Made by a program: the position numbers and the translations under genes. This document shows positions 21,709 to 34,445 of a stretch of DNA of 64,000 nucleotides, one piece after another. Below the pieces are notes generated by a model, which saw only the letters and a program-made list of their open reading frames with translations, searched no databases and was not told the DNA's origin. How positions within the stretch are numbered: the stretch's first letter is position 1; every line of letters begins with the position of its first letter. The stretch is from Takakia lepidozioides (taxonomy: Eukaryota; Plantae; Bryophyta), in assembly GCA_030704615.1 (NCBI GenBank), contig CM060731.1:95480001-95544000 (forward strand), written 5' to 3'.

Positions 21709-24589
21709 TTCCTCTTTAGTTCCCACATTCACTTCCCTCACCTGCTCATCAGCTGTGATTGTCCAACCAGTCACCACTTCATCCTGTAAGCTCACAGTGG
21801 CTGGTTCCTCTAGGATTTCTATTTCTCCTTCTCTTTCTTCATAGAAATGTGATGGGTAACTGCTGGTTTCCTCTTCAGTTGGTGTTGCTGTCACTACACC
21901 ACAGCAGATACCTCTTAAACAACTTAGGCTTTCCAGCCGCATCTCTGCAACCTGCTCCCACTCTGGGTGTGCAGCAAATAGGGTAGCTTCCTGCTCCTCA
22001 TCCAGTCCTCATTTCCAGTCATACTCTCTGACTCCTCGAGGTCTTCTTGTAGCAGGTAATCTACTAGATTTCTTTGTGGTAATTTGTATCTCGTGTATCC
22101 CATTATGCACGGTTAGTAACTGAGAATTCCAGTCATGGAATACCCTGGCCTGTTTCAGCCACGGACGTCCCAATAATAAGGAGTGAGCCTCCATGACTTC
22201 ATCCATCTTCATCACAGTTACTGTGATCATAAAGATCATCTTCTGTATCTGTATCTTAACTCCTCTTATTAATCCCAATGGCTGTACACTTTGTTGATCT
22301 GCCATTGTTACTGTAAATGGGGCTGGTTTCATGTTACTTAGACCAAGCTTCTTTCTTAATTGGTCTGTCATGATATTGACTCCAGAACCTCCATCTATCA
22401 GTACATCAGTTAGTTCTGTGCTTCCAATTCTCAATTGGATTACTGGCATAGAATCATCAAAGTCCATGACTGTTTCTCGTCCTTCCGGCTTCACATTATA
22501 ACTGGTCACCTTGCTATTCAGGTCTGTGTTTCCTGTCTCCTGGGCAATTCGATTGATTGCTTGATACAGCCTGTGCCTACAATAAGGTGCCACAGCCAAT
22601 AGCTGTCCAATGGTAATCTTTGCTTTGGTCTGGCATATTACTTCAGCCAAAGTCTCTTCATTACTTTGCATGCCTGCATCTTCTTTCTTCCTTTCATCCT
22701 CACTCCCTTCTTCTTCTTCATCAGAATCAGAGGAATCTGCCACAGGAATATCAGTACTCTTTTGCATTTCCCTTATGGTATCTGCCACTTCCTTGTGCAG
22801 TTCCTTCTCATCTTTCCAAGTCTCTTCATCTTCAGGCATATCACTGCGATCTTCATTATCATCATCTTCCTCAGCTAGTGGAGGTATTAGTTTGGCTTTG
22901 CTTCTGGTTACTATCATTGTATTTACTTCTGGTACAACACATGGCCTAACCATGTGAGCTGCCACCACTGGGCCATCATTCACAGGAGCTCTCATCTCAT
23001 TCTGGTGTCTTATCCAGAATGAACAGGCTGCCCTGCGATGTCCTGGCTGATTACAATAGTAACATAGTTCTTCACCATTGGGTCCTCGCCCTTGGTCTGT
23101 TCTTGGATTATTTCTGTAATCTTGATTCCCGGGCTGGTAATTCCCCCTTGGATTACCCTGATAGTTGCCTCTGGAATTTCCTTGGTAATTTCCTCTTGAA
23201 TTACCTCTCCCTTCCATGCCATTGTTATAACCACCAGACCTACCATAGTGGTCCTGATCATTGTTTCTTCTTGGCTGGGGCTGCACCTGATGCACCCTTA
23301 CTTGCCTAGGTTCTCTTGCAGCTGTCCTTCTGTTGTAGTAACAATTCTCAGTAGAATGGTTATCCATTTTACAGATAGTACAGTGTTTCTCCTTCATGTG
23401 GCATTCTGTGGTGGTATGGCCTTCATTCTGGCACTTTGCACACCATACACCCTTCCTCCAATGTGTTGCAGCCTCTGTGGCATACTTCTTCAAGATTTCT
23501 TCCAATTTTTTTCATAGTTATCCCTCTTCAACTTCTCCTTTCTCTTACTCTTCCTTTTTAGTTCTTGCTCTTCTTCTTCATCTGACTCATCCTCAGAGTC
23601 CTCATCATCCTTTTCTCTCTCCTGAGCATTCCCAATTGCTCAATTCTGTTTGCAGTTTCAAATGCCTCCTCCACTGTATTATGGGGTAACATATCCACTT
23701 TCTTTTGCAACTCTGGTCTTAGTCCACTCACAAACCAAGTCTTATGTAAACCGGGTGCTGGTACTGCAGCCAGCTTTTTCATCATCAATTCCATCTTTTC
23801 CATATACTCCTCAACAGTTTCATGCTTCTTTTGCTTTAACTATTGTAAACTTCCATACACTTCATCCTCAGTTTTACTTGTCCTGAACCTATTTCGAAAT
23901 GTTGTATTCAAGCCATTCCAGGTTAGGAAATGATTATCAGGAAATCTTGCATACCATTCACTCGCTTTCTTGATAAGTGAACAAGGAAACAATCTCATCT
24001 TGGCATCATCGCCATTCTCATTGTTCACTATACACATGTGCTCAAATTGGCTAATGTGTACATCGGGATCCCCTTTTCCTGAATATATTGGAAAGGGTGG
24101 TTTTGCCCGTGTTGGTTGTAACGCCATCTGTGGCCCTACCTTCTGCCCATTGACAGGTGCTGGCACCCTTGCTGGTGCTGGTCCTTCTGGACCTGTTGTT
24201 TTTGTGGTGGATCTTCCACCAAGTGGAGGCCCTTGAGCACTCCCTGCTTCCGGCCCCACGATATTCACAGTATTCCCAGCTTCAATTGCACTACTTCCCA
24301 CACTCCCTGTCCCCCCAGAGCCAGATCCAGGCAGCCCGCCTGATCCCCCTGAGCCGACACCTTCGTTGGTCTGTGATCCAAGTGCTCCACTTGATCCAGG
24401 TCCAACGGGTTGGGATGTCCTGGTTATAGTCTCAACCTCAGCTGTTGGGTCTACTTCTTCATACTCTTCCTCTTCCAATTTCTTCTCCCTGTTTTCATCC
24501 TCCAAGTTCTTTCCTTGGGTTTCTTCTTCACTCATGTAACTCAACTGCAATGGTGTTGGAGAGTCTGAACTCTCCGTTGGCTCTGCCAC
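21709..24589 (-). pseudogene. Gypsy A gag (three CCHC knuckles) and aspartic protease
   Basis: YSGKGDPDVHISQFE..LFPCSL..A.EWY; CAKCQNEGHTTTEC, CTICKMDNHSTENC, CYYCNQPGHRRAAC; VLIDGGSG; several stops. Confidence 0.88.
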
Positions 24590-24979
24590 ATCCTCTCCTC
24601 CTTCTTCACCTTCCGCTTCAGAAACTGGAGTTCCTGCTTTTGGTGTTCCATGCCAACTCTTATCAAAGATTTATGTCAAATCTTTTATCCAGGGATGTAC
24701 CTCAGATCTTTCACCTCGTGATTGATCTTCTTCTCGTACCAATTCCCTTAATCTTTCTTGCAAAGAAACAGAAGGAGTGGCATCCAACTCTAGTTCTTCC
24801 GTATGGGTGATGTACTCTTTGATCTTAATGGTGTGAGAGGTCCAGATGATTCCCCTATGTCTATTCCTCTCTCCCAAAGATATGGATAATTAGCTTTCAG
24901 ATAGCTTTCTCTTTTTGCTCAATATCTCTGGCGTCTAGCTTCTCTTTCATCACTCATGTCCCATGTCTTTCATTTCTTT

Positions 24980-25547
24980 TTAATGTGGCAATAACCAAAA
25001 CTCTCTTCTGTAATATCTCTCGTATATGCCTGGGTTTCTTTCAAGCTTCAATGCACCCTTGGCTATACTTGAAGTCTCCATTACCATATAACCATATGGC
25101 AAACAAGTCTGGGAAGCTGTCCTTGGTGTGAGTTTGATCCACAAAATATCCTTTGGAATCCAATTCTTTACCAGTACAAGCTCTTCATGCATATGAGTAT
25201 AAACATTCACTTTTCTTTCCTCCCAGCCTTCAAACTCTACTCGCTTAATGGATAGTAAGGCTATCACATAAACCAATGTTGGTAACCACCGTGCTCTTCC
25301 TCTACAGGCTACCTGATAAATCTTTACCACTCCTTTCTCCAGACCCCATTCCGGATCAGCATCATGCACTCGCTTAAGAATATTTTCTTTACAACCGTCT
25401 GGCAATTCCAAGAACCTTTGAAAGAATTGTTTGGACAATCTTTCTTCCTTCGTTCCACAGGGAATTTGATTCACTTCAAATTCTTTAATGGTCCAACCAC
25501 CATGATCCCACCAGATGCCTGTCACATCTAGTTGTTCATGACTCAGT
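24980..25547 (-). CDS. Extra ORF between PBS and gag of Gypsy A, unknown function
   Basis: Open frame of ~190 codons immediately after the PBS; no motif recognised. Confidence 0.4.
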
Positions 25548-25565
25548 TCCCCAGTATGGTCGCCA
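25548..25565 (-). promoter_or_regulatory. Primer-binding site of Gypsy A (TGGCGACCATACTGGGGA, resembles tRNA-Arg-type PBS)
   Basis: TGG-initiated, 2 nt from the LTR end. Confidence 0.7.
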
Positions 25566-25567
25566 AA

Positions 25568-26619
25568 TGTCGCGCGGCTTTTACTCACCCATCCCTTCGC
25601 TATCCGAGGCGGAAACTCCAAGATAGAAGAGTTGGAAATCTCTAAGTACTCAGCCCGCTCAGAACAATCAGTCATGACCTACAGCTAGTGTATCATGGGG
25701 GTGTTTCCTATTTGTTTTCCTTTCCGCATTCATGTTAGCTACCTGGCTATTGATAATTAAGTATCAGTTTGCTTCATCAATCTATCGGATTCCATCAACT
25801 CATCCATTCATTCCACAGCTTCACTCAGATCTCTCTACATAGTGTGATTGTATCGTATAAGTATCAGATTATGATTTATCAGGTATCAGGCCGAAGCCAT
25901 TGTGTCTCTAATCTGCTCTACAATATCACTACAGCTTTGCATATAACAAACATCTACTAATCATCTCTCCTCCTTCACCGTGCTCTCCATCTTTGCTTCC
26001 GTTCTTGCTCTCCGCCCAATCCCCTCTCATGCATGACCAAGTAGTCTCCCCGTGAAGTCCCTTCCTTCAGTCCTTGCTCCTCACTTTATCTTCCTACCCG
26101 TGGCTCTAACCGTTTCCCTCACTAACCGTCGTCCGTGAACTAACATGTTCCGTTTGGAGGTGTTGTTCCCCACAGTCGTTCCCTGTCCTGCTCTCCGTTC
26201 CCTATGGTCGTGACAGCTGTGTCAAGCTGTGACTGGCTGTGTGAAACTGTGACGGGCTGTGACTGGCTGTGCGACTGTGTTTGGCTGTGTCGGGCTGTGA
26301 CTGGCTGTGACGGGCTGTGTTGGCTGTGATGGCTGTGTCGGCTGTGTTGGCTGTGATGGCTGTGTCGGGCTGTGACAAGCTGTGCTGACTGTGTCTGGCT
26401 GTGTTGGCTGTGACTGGCTGTGTGGCTGTGTCGGCTGTGACGACTGTGACGGGCTGTGTTGGCTGTGACGGGCTGTGTTGGACTGTGACGGACTGTGTAA
26501 CCCCCTCTACAGTGCGCTGCTGTCACCTCTAAGGCTCCTGTTGGTCTCAGTCTGTGCAAAAATTAAGGGTACCCTACAGATCCCGTATAAATGTCTAAGT
26601 CCCAGACAGTCCTCTAACA
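25568..26619 (-). repeat. 5' LTR of Gypsy A (~1.05 kb), contains a GGCTGTG(AC) microsatellite-like tract
   Basis: TG...CA ends; similar to 33209-34254; adjacent PBS. Confidence 0.9.
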
Positions 26620-28200
26620 CAAGGCAGTCGTCGTCTTTTAGTAGGGTTGCTGCCAGTGCCAATGCATGCGGGACGGTATCCTTTGACTTTGCATTCCAAG
26701 CGGGCACAATGTCATCTATGCCACATCCTCTACTAGACTGCCCGTCTGGGAGATCCACCATTACAAGGTCTGCTCCCGCTTTAGGGACTGTGCCACCCCT
26801 ACGCAATGGCTCGGGGGAGCGGTGCCTCTCCAGAAACTCGTCGATATATCCCTAGGCTCTGGCCACTTACTCATTGTTCCTTTGGATGCAAGCCTGCGGA
26901 TGACCAGCTCGAACCTGGTACCCCTTCTCGCAAAGAGATAGCCTCGTAAAGCAGCACGGTTGAGAGCTGCATGCCCCGACCGTCACTTGTTCTTGCCCAA
27001 GCAGGGTTTCGAGAAGATCGATTCTTTCGCTCAATCTGGAAGTTGTGTAGGGCGTCTGTAAACGCCAGTTGGTTGTCTACCCTCTGAGCACCATCTCATC
27101 CACACCCTCTACACTTTGATTGCCAGCACGCCTTGTGCCGGGGGGGGGTTGCCTGCCCTGTGGTGGGTGTCTTCTTCGGTTTCTGTTTCATTTTCCTTGG
27201 TTTCTTCTTGGCCACCACTTCTTCCAGAGCTGTATTCGTTTGTTGCAGGTGTGCGGCAGCGACAACTGCAGCCTCCTCGGCACCTCTTCCGTCAATGGCT
27301 CCATGTGAGTTGGTGCAGCCAGTTCGTTCTTGGTGTACTTCTTATACACTTCCAGTTCAACGTCAGGAATGATATCGGTGGGCAAATCTAGCCACCAGTA
27401 GCAGGGCAGATGCGTGACTTTAGCGTACTCGCCCAACTGCCTGCCGTTGTACATTGTGCAGTCTGATCGGAGGCTGGCCCATTGTGTGACACTGGCTGGA
27501 ATACACCTGATATGCTTGTTGGCGAGCAAATAAAAGTTTATGTACCTGTTGCAGTGCACCAAAGTCGACGTCAGGACAGACATTGGCCTGATAGTTATGA
27601 GAAGTGTAGGATATGAAAACCGAACCTTTTTGTCTCTCACCACATGCAGTAGTCGGCAGCGACTATGACACGAAATAATTCGATGGCAGTGTCATAATCG
27701 GTGACGACTACGACTCCGCACTGTGGGTTAGCCATCCACCCAGCTGGGTAATACCGGAATAAGGGTGTACATTATATGGCATGGATTCGAAAGACCCACC
27801 ACATAGTCGTTGCCGACTGTGGAATTGAGTTAGTTTTTAATTTGTGGGCTAAAGTCACGCCCTTCTTGGAATAGTCGGCAGCAGCTATGATTCCCTAAAG
27901 GGCAAAACATGTGTCATAATCGGTGGCGACTATGACCAGGCCAACTTTGGTTACGACAGGGCCGGCTTTCTAAAGTCATTGCCGACTATACCCAATGGAT
28001 ACCCTATACCCAACGGCTACCCTATATTGAATTGAGTTAGTTTTCTATTTGCGGGTAGTAGTCACGACCCACTTGCAATAGTCGGTAGCGACTATGAAGC
28101 CCTAAGGGGCAAAACCTCTGTCATAGTCGGTGGCGACTATGACCAGGCTTAATTGACAGCGCCAGCTTACTATAGTCATTGCCGTCTATACCCAATGGCT
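26620..28200 (-). pseudogene. Fragment of a divergent ParB/MTase-like gene (subfamily C): one exon (27545-26620) plus the upstream palindrome-rich intron
   Basis: AG|GTAC junction giving RYINFYLL..YWWLDLP, and ADLVMVDLPDG..VPAWN..ALAATLLKDDDCLV, both homologous to E2 exon 11019-9892. Cut by the Gypsy A LTR at 26619. Confidence 0.75.
27645..28200. repeat. Palindrome array GTCATAGTCG-N4-CGACTATGAC
   Basis: Perfect arms at 28120-28143; variants near 27650, 27692, 27803, 27871, 27913 and 28078. Confidence 0.85.
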
Positions 28201-29107
28201 CGTGTGCCTCCTCCACGGCCCACTCCCTTGCTGACAGAAGGTTTATTCGCCCTCCCATGGGCTTGGGCGTTTCCGACACTCATAAGAACTCGCCACCATT
28301 CCCACATGGCACCGTGACTACTCTCTTGCGGCCATCTATGACCGCTCCGGATTTGCTCAAACAGGTCATCCCCAAAATGAGATCCACTCCATCGATCTCG
28401 CAGATGGTGAAGTTCTCACGTCCCTCCCAACTCCCCAGTTGAAGAGGAACATCAAACGCCAACCTTGTCGCCAATTGTGGTTCTCCTTTGGCAGAACGCA
28501 CCTCAATAGAGGCCCCCACGTCACTTGTCGGGAGTCCCAGCTTTTGTGCCGTTGCCGGTGTCATGAAGGAGTGCAACGCTCCTGTGTCCACCAACAACGA
28601 CACGTTAGTTCCGGATATTATCCCATCCACGAACAATAACTGACTCCCTTTACGTAAGGGGCTAGTTTCCTGATACAACTCACAAGAAAATTTGCCTACA
28701 TTGCAAGTCCTAGCGACCACCGCTTCCACCAAGCGACTGATGGTATCTTCCGACAGCTCTGTGGTCGTCCGAGTCATGTTCAATTGTCGGGGCTTCGTGC
28801 ACTTCTTGGCCATGTGCCCGGGCTCCCCGCAATTGAAATACACTCCATCAAAGGTCGCCTTCTGTCCGCCATAGGCCACTCCACCCGCTTTTCCTTTCGA
28901 AGCACCGGGTGCCGCCTTGACTTGTGAAGGCCCTCCCTTCGATTTCCACGTGCCATTGTCGCCGAGTGGCCTATCCCACTTCTTTTTCCGGTCGGAAGGA
29001 GTCACCTTCCCGCCGGGTCTTCTTGTGGTTCAGCTCCGTACGGCCTTGTCTTTCACCCTTAGGGACATCTGAGAAACATTCAGCCCTCTCAATTGCCTCG
29101 TTCAAAG
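28201..29107 (-). pseudogene. Gypsy gag-protease fragment (third element)
   Basis: (Y)FNCGEPGHMAKKC knuckle; LLVDTGA; DLILGM. Confidence 0.8.
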
Positions 29108-29634
29108 TGTCGTGCACATACGTATCGCTACACAACTACATCGTTGTCCAAACCACACCACACATATATGCACAATAAAGTAGTCTACCACAATGATAAG
29201 AAAAGCTAAGAACACACTCTTAACACAAGAAACATGAAATCCATCTCGTCATCACTCTTTCAGATAATAGTCGAGCCAGGGGCACCCCAAGCTATGGGGA
29301 CTCCACCCCACAACAACCTATCATCCCATCATAAGCACACTCAGTTCTAAACGATGAAGGAGCTCGGTCGCGCAGGCTCAACTCGAGAGAGATGAGTTGC
29401 GCGACTGACGCTCTCGTGAAGATAAGACAGTTCAGGTGTCAAACTAAACTTGACACCTGATTTAACACTTGACCTAAATCCAAGTGTTAAATACAAATAA
29501 CTAGCTTTATTCTAGTTAGTTTCACACTGTGCTTATTTAACTTATCAGCTGTCGTGCGCATACGTATCGCTACACAACTACATCGTTGTCCAAACCACAC
29601 CACACATATATGCACAATAAAGTAGTCTGCCACA
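29108..29634 (-). repeat. 3' LTR of PHD-bearing Gypsy B, with 85-bp direct repeats at both ends
   Basis: Polypurine tract AGCTAGGGGGGCGAT abuts 29634; 29108-29192 is nearly identical to 29550-29634. Confidence 0.7.
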
Positions 29635-29894
29635 ATCGCCCCCCTAGCTGGTGGATAGGTCCCTCTAACTCCAGATAGCTACAAGATGTAATAGCCACAA
29701 CCGTACTAAGTCCTCTATCACTGTCCCTATTGTACTCAAACTCTAAAGACCAAGAGGCCGGGTACAAGAGTAGCCCCATCGTTAGTCGCCGTCTTGCAAT
29801 CTGTGAACTTGAGCCAGGATCTCGTGTGTTCAAGGTTTCCTAGTAGCTTGGCCTTGCATTTCTTGTTAGCCTCCCATGGTTGTATCCACTCCCA

Positions 29895-32800
29895 CTATCC
29901 AATGCATTGTGGACATAACCAATCCCCATCTGGAACCATCTCAAGAGGTGGAGTCAAGCATCCCATATGCCAACCTCTAGAGCATCGATCACACACCAGC
30001 ATGGTGGCTGCCCCTTTAGCAGACCCACACAACATGCACCTCAAACTTGCAGATACCACTGCCAAGTTTGGGTCAATCCTGCCATCGACATTCGGAAGGT
30101 GACATGGCGCACAATTACGCACATGGTCCTTCCAAGTTATGCCATCCTGACCCTCCAAGACCAAGACGCCTGAGGGCAAAACCTCTCGAACCCTCAAAAT
30201 ATCACGTCTTGCAGTCACATCCAAGGTCGTAGGAGCAGTCTGCTGCAGATAGATATAGTCACCAGGGTTGAATCTCCGAACCCCAGGACGATAGCCCCCA
30301 CCACGTATGGTAGCATACCTCAACGTATCACAGTGTTGTGCAATGGCAAGGTTCTCGAAAGCCATGGGCATGACTTTCTTGAACAACTCTGCACGCTACT
30401 CACATGCACGTGCCCACACGTCCAGATCGTCAAGGTTAAGAAATGTAGCAGCTTCCCTGCGAATGGATGTAGGCAAATCCGGCTCTCGGCCAAAGAGAAG
30501 AAAGTATGGTGAGAAGGAGGCAAGTGATGCTTGCTTGCTGAACCTGTAGCCCATGGCTAACCAGGGTAACTGAAGGTCCCAATTTCCTAGGTGTCCCTTC
30601 TGCAAGCCATACTTGCGCAAACCCCTCTTTACTGTCTGAACAACTCTCTCTGCCAAGCCATCGGCCTCAGGATGATCCCGAGAAGTGGTGCGGTGGTCTA
30701 TCAAGGCCTTGTCACACAAAGCCTGAAACTCCCCCAAGAACTCTCTCCCTTGGTCCGTGAGTACCTCAGCTGGAGCACCGAATCGGCTAAGCACACAATC
30801 CAAGAATGCATACGCAGCTCCCTCACTAGCCTTATCAGGCAATAGAACCAACTCAATCCACTTGGAGAAGTGCTCCACCATCACCGACACGTACTTGTTG
30901 TGGCGCATGGTCAGTGGCAACGGCCCTGCGAAGTGAAGACTCCACCTGTAGCCCAATCCCATGATCGGAAGAGGGTGCAATTGTGGAGTAGGGGCGTTGA
31001 ATGAAGCACGCACCCTGTCACACACCATGCACCTAGCCACAAATTGTTGCACCTCTGTGTGCATACCACGCCACCAATACTGCCCCTGCAGTAGACTATG
31101 AGTGCGTCGCACCCCAAAATGCCCCAACTCCTCATGGGCATGCCGCACTAACCGTCCCCGCTGTGTTGGGTGAGGCACAATCCTCACTCAACCATCCTCC
31201 CACACTCGGAGCAGGTGTGTCCCCTCCCACTTGAACCTCTTGGCTCGTTGTAGGATCCGATCCCTCTCCTTGGCAGTCACAGTGGCTGCCGTGTCTCCAG
31301 TGCGAAGATAGTCCAACACAGCTGAATCCTCATGTATATCTTTGGCGCCACCTTGCTCATTGCTGGCCTCAGGGTCCTCAGACACTTGATCCACAGTCAT
31401 CCCTGTTGCAGGTCCAACCTGGCCTTCCGCTGCCAAGATACACAGAAATGCAGATGCATGCCATCCGGGCACCATCTCCTCGTCCGTCTCACCATGCCAC
31501 CAAGCTCCAGTGTCATCCTGCTGGCTCGTGCATGGATTGCGACTCAACCCATCTGCATTGCGATTGACCAAACCCGGTCGATGCACCACCTGAAAGTCAT
31601 ACTCTTGAAGGATGAGTGCCCACCGTGCAAGCTTCCCCGTAAGCTTGTCTGACTCCATCAACCACTTGAGTGGTTGGTGATCCGTGACAAGGGTGAAGAG
31701 ATTACCGTATAGATAGCACCTGAAGTGTGCCACGGCCCACACTGCAGCTAAGCATTCTCCCTCATATGAGCTATACTTAGACTCGGCAGCATTGTTTGAG
31801 CGGCTAGCGTAAGCCACTACAAACTCTCTTCCCTCATCATCCACCTGTGTGAGCACCGCTCCAAGCCCCAACATGCTCCAATCCGTATGCAGCTGAAAAT
31901 GACGCCCCCTGATAGGTCGTCTCAAGATGGGCGCCGAGGTCAACCTCGCCTTGAGCTCTTGAAAAGCTTGTTCTTGCTCATCTTCCCACTGCCACTCCTG
32001 GTCCACCTTGGTCAGCTTGGTTAGAGCCTTTGCAATGGCACTAAATCCCTTAACAAACCGTCTATAATAGTTTGCTAACCCCATGAAAGCTTGAACTCGG
32101 CTCACATCCGTGGGGCGTGGAACCTGTGCAATGGACTCTACCTTAGTCTGCTGTACCCCCAATCCTCCAGGGTATATCATGTGACCCAGATACTCAATCT
32201 GGTTGTGGAAAAACTTGCACTTTCCCGGATGTAACTTCAATCCGTGCGCCCTCAAGTGCTCAAATACCCCCTGAAGGTGTCTCTCATGCTCCTCCACCGT
32301 AGCACTAAAGATGATGATGTCATCTATGTAGCACCGAGCAAACTCCACCCCTGCTATAATCCTGTCCATGACTCTTTGAAACTCAGCAGGAGCGTTTTTA
32401 AGCCCAAATGGTAAGAACCGCCACTGGTATAGGCAATCTTTCCCGTGCTCATTGATCCCCCAGAATGTCGTCTTTTGCTTATCCGCCTCCTTGATCGGCA
32501 ACTGGTGATATCCGGATCGTAAATCCAACATGCTAAAGACCTTGGCATGCCCAATGGCATCAAAGATCTCCTCTGGTGTCGGCATGGCATACCTATCGGA
32601 CTTGGTCTGACGATTTACAGGCCGGTAATCACCGCACATACGTCTCTCCGTCCAATTGCCATAGACATCCTTCTTGGCTGGCATCACTGTGGCTGAAGCA
32701 TACTCTCCACCTGAGAGCTCCACCAAACCTGCCTCCCAGAGATCTTGAGTCCTCATCTGAATCAAAGACCTCTCCATGTCACTGTATCTATAGGGTCTCC

Positions 32801-33208
32801 GAAAGATTGGCGTGTCAGTGGCCAACTCAATACGGATCTCTTGACCCTTCAGTGCTCCCAAGTCCTTCAAACTGATGGCAAAGCAATTCCTGTAAGCCCT
32901 CAGTAACCGCCGTATACGTTGTCTCTCTCCTCCGGCGACAATGGGTCCAATGTCAGGCTCCCAATTGTCCTCCGTGACTGCAACCTTGAGTCCAGCAGGC
33001 TTAGAGGTAGAAGACGTGTCCCATGGTTGCTATGCTACAACCTCTTGAGCAGTGACCACTGCCTCCTCTGTCAGTGACAATGTCTCACCCTGCCCCATCA
33101 TCCCATCCTTGAGGACCTCCTCAACCCGAGAAAAATCCCCAACCTGATCCATCACCGCCGCCTTGGCTGCCAACTCCTTATGACCCTCGAGCACCTCCCA
33201 CGTGTGCC
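29895..33208 (-). pseudogene. Gypsy B pol: RT, RNase H, integrase with C-terminal PHD finger
   Basis: LDLRSGYHQ, PFGLKNAP, YIDD, HTDWS, HEELGHFG..C..C, LTDQGREF; CMLCGS..LVCDRCSRGWHMGCLTPPL..VPDGDWLCPQC. Confidence 0.92.
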
Positions 33209-34254
33209 TGACGCGCGGCTTTTACTCACCCATCCCTTCGCTATCCGAGGCGGGAACTCCAAGATAGAAGAGTTGGAAATCTCTAACCACTCAGCCCGCT
33301 CAGAACAATCAGTCATGACCTACAGCTAGTGTATCATGGGGGTGTATCCTATTTATTTTCCTTCCCGCATTCATGTTAGCTAGTTACCTTACTGTTGGTA
33401 TTTAAGTATCAGTTTGCTTCAGCAATCTATTGGATTCCATCAACTCATCCATTCATTCCACAGCTTCACTCAGATCTCTCTACACAGTGTGAGTATGAAG
33501 TATGTATCAGATTAGTATCTATCAAGTATCAGGCTGAAGCCATGGTATCTCTATTCTGCTCTACATTACAACTCTACTTCTTGCATTCAGCAAGTATCAA
33601 CAGATCGTTCTCCTCCTACTCTGTGCTCTCCCTCTTTCTGCTCAGAGATGCGCTCTCTGCTTCATTTCCAAGTTCTGATTTCCCCCCGAAGTCATCCCCC
33701 ACTCCTTCCCCAAGTGATTCCCCAAGAAGTGATCATTTTTCAGTCCTCGCTCCTGGCTTTATCTTCCTACCCGTTGTTCTAACCGTTTCCCTCACTAACC
33801 GTCATCCGTGAACTAACATGTTCTATTGCAGATGTTGTTCCCCACAGTCGTTCCCTATGGTCGTGACAGCTGTGTCAAGCTGTGACTGGCTGTGTGAAAC
33901 TGTGACGGGCTGTGCGACTGTGTTGGGCTGTGACGGGCTGTGTCGGGCTGTGATTGGCTGTGCGACTGTGTTGGGCTGTGTCAGGCTGTGTCGGGCTGTG
34001 ATTGGCTGTGTGGCTGTGATGGGCTGTGTCGGACTGTGACGGGCTGTGTTGGCTATGACGGGCTGTGTCGGACTATGACGGGCTGTGTTGGCTGTGTCGG
34101 GCTGTGTTGGACTGTGACGGGCTGTGTAACCCCCCCCCCCCCTAAAGTGCGCTGCTATCACCCCTAAGGCTCCTGTTGGTCTCAGTTTGTGCAAAAATTA
34201 AGGGTACCCCACAGATCTCGTAAAAGTGCCTAAGTCCCAGACAGTCCTCTAACA
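33209..34254 (-). repeat. 3' LTR of a second Gypsy A-family element inserted in Gypsy B
   Basis: TG...CA ends; similar to 25568-26619; PPT GAGAGGGGAAGGGGTAA adjacent from 34255. Confidence 0.9.
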
Positions 34255-34445
34255 TTACCCCTTCCCCTCTCAAAAAGCCGTGTCCTCACGGTTTACTGTT
34301 TGGGATTTGTAACCCTTTGTGAGCGAGCACCCTTCTGACGGTTAGAGTCTCGTGAAGGACTCCGTGTGCGAGCCTGTGTCCTGTCACTGGTTGAGGGAGA
34401 TGATTGAACACTACCTAGATATGTTAGTCCCTCTGGAGGCTGATA

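Larger units (their letters stand above)
6122..26619 (-). mobile_element. Ty3/Gypsy LTR retrotransposon A (non-chromovirus-like), split by MULEs E2 and E1
   Basis: 5' LTR 25568-26619, PBS, gag, protease, RT, RNase H and integrase in Gypsy order on the - strand. The pol reading frame rejoins across E2 (EVNVGTKEEPRM|VKVGADLEPE). Confidence 0.9.

Noticed and set aside
26140-26559. His/Ser/Thr-rich ORFs (also 33823-34194)
   Set aside because: They translate the GGCTGTG microsatellite-like tract inside the LTRs.
28201-33208. CGTGTGCC at both 28201 and 33201, suggesting a TSD or circular permutation of Gypsy B
   Set aside because: The 8-mer lies in different reading frames of the two pol fragments, and 33209 is a normal LTR edge; probably chance.
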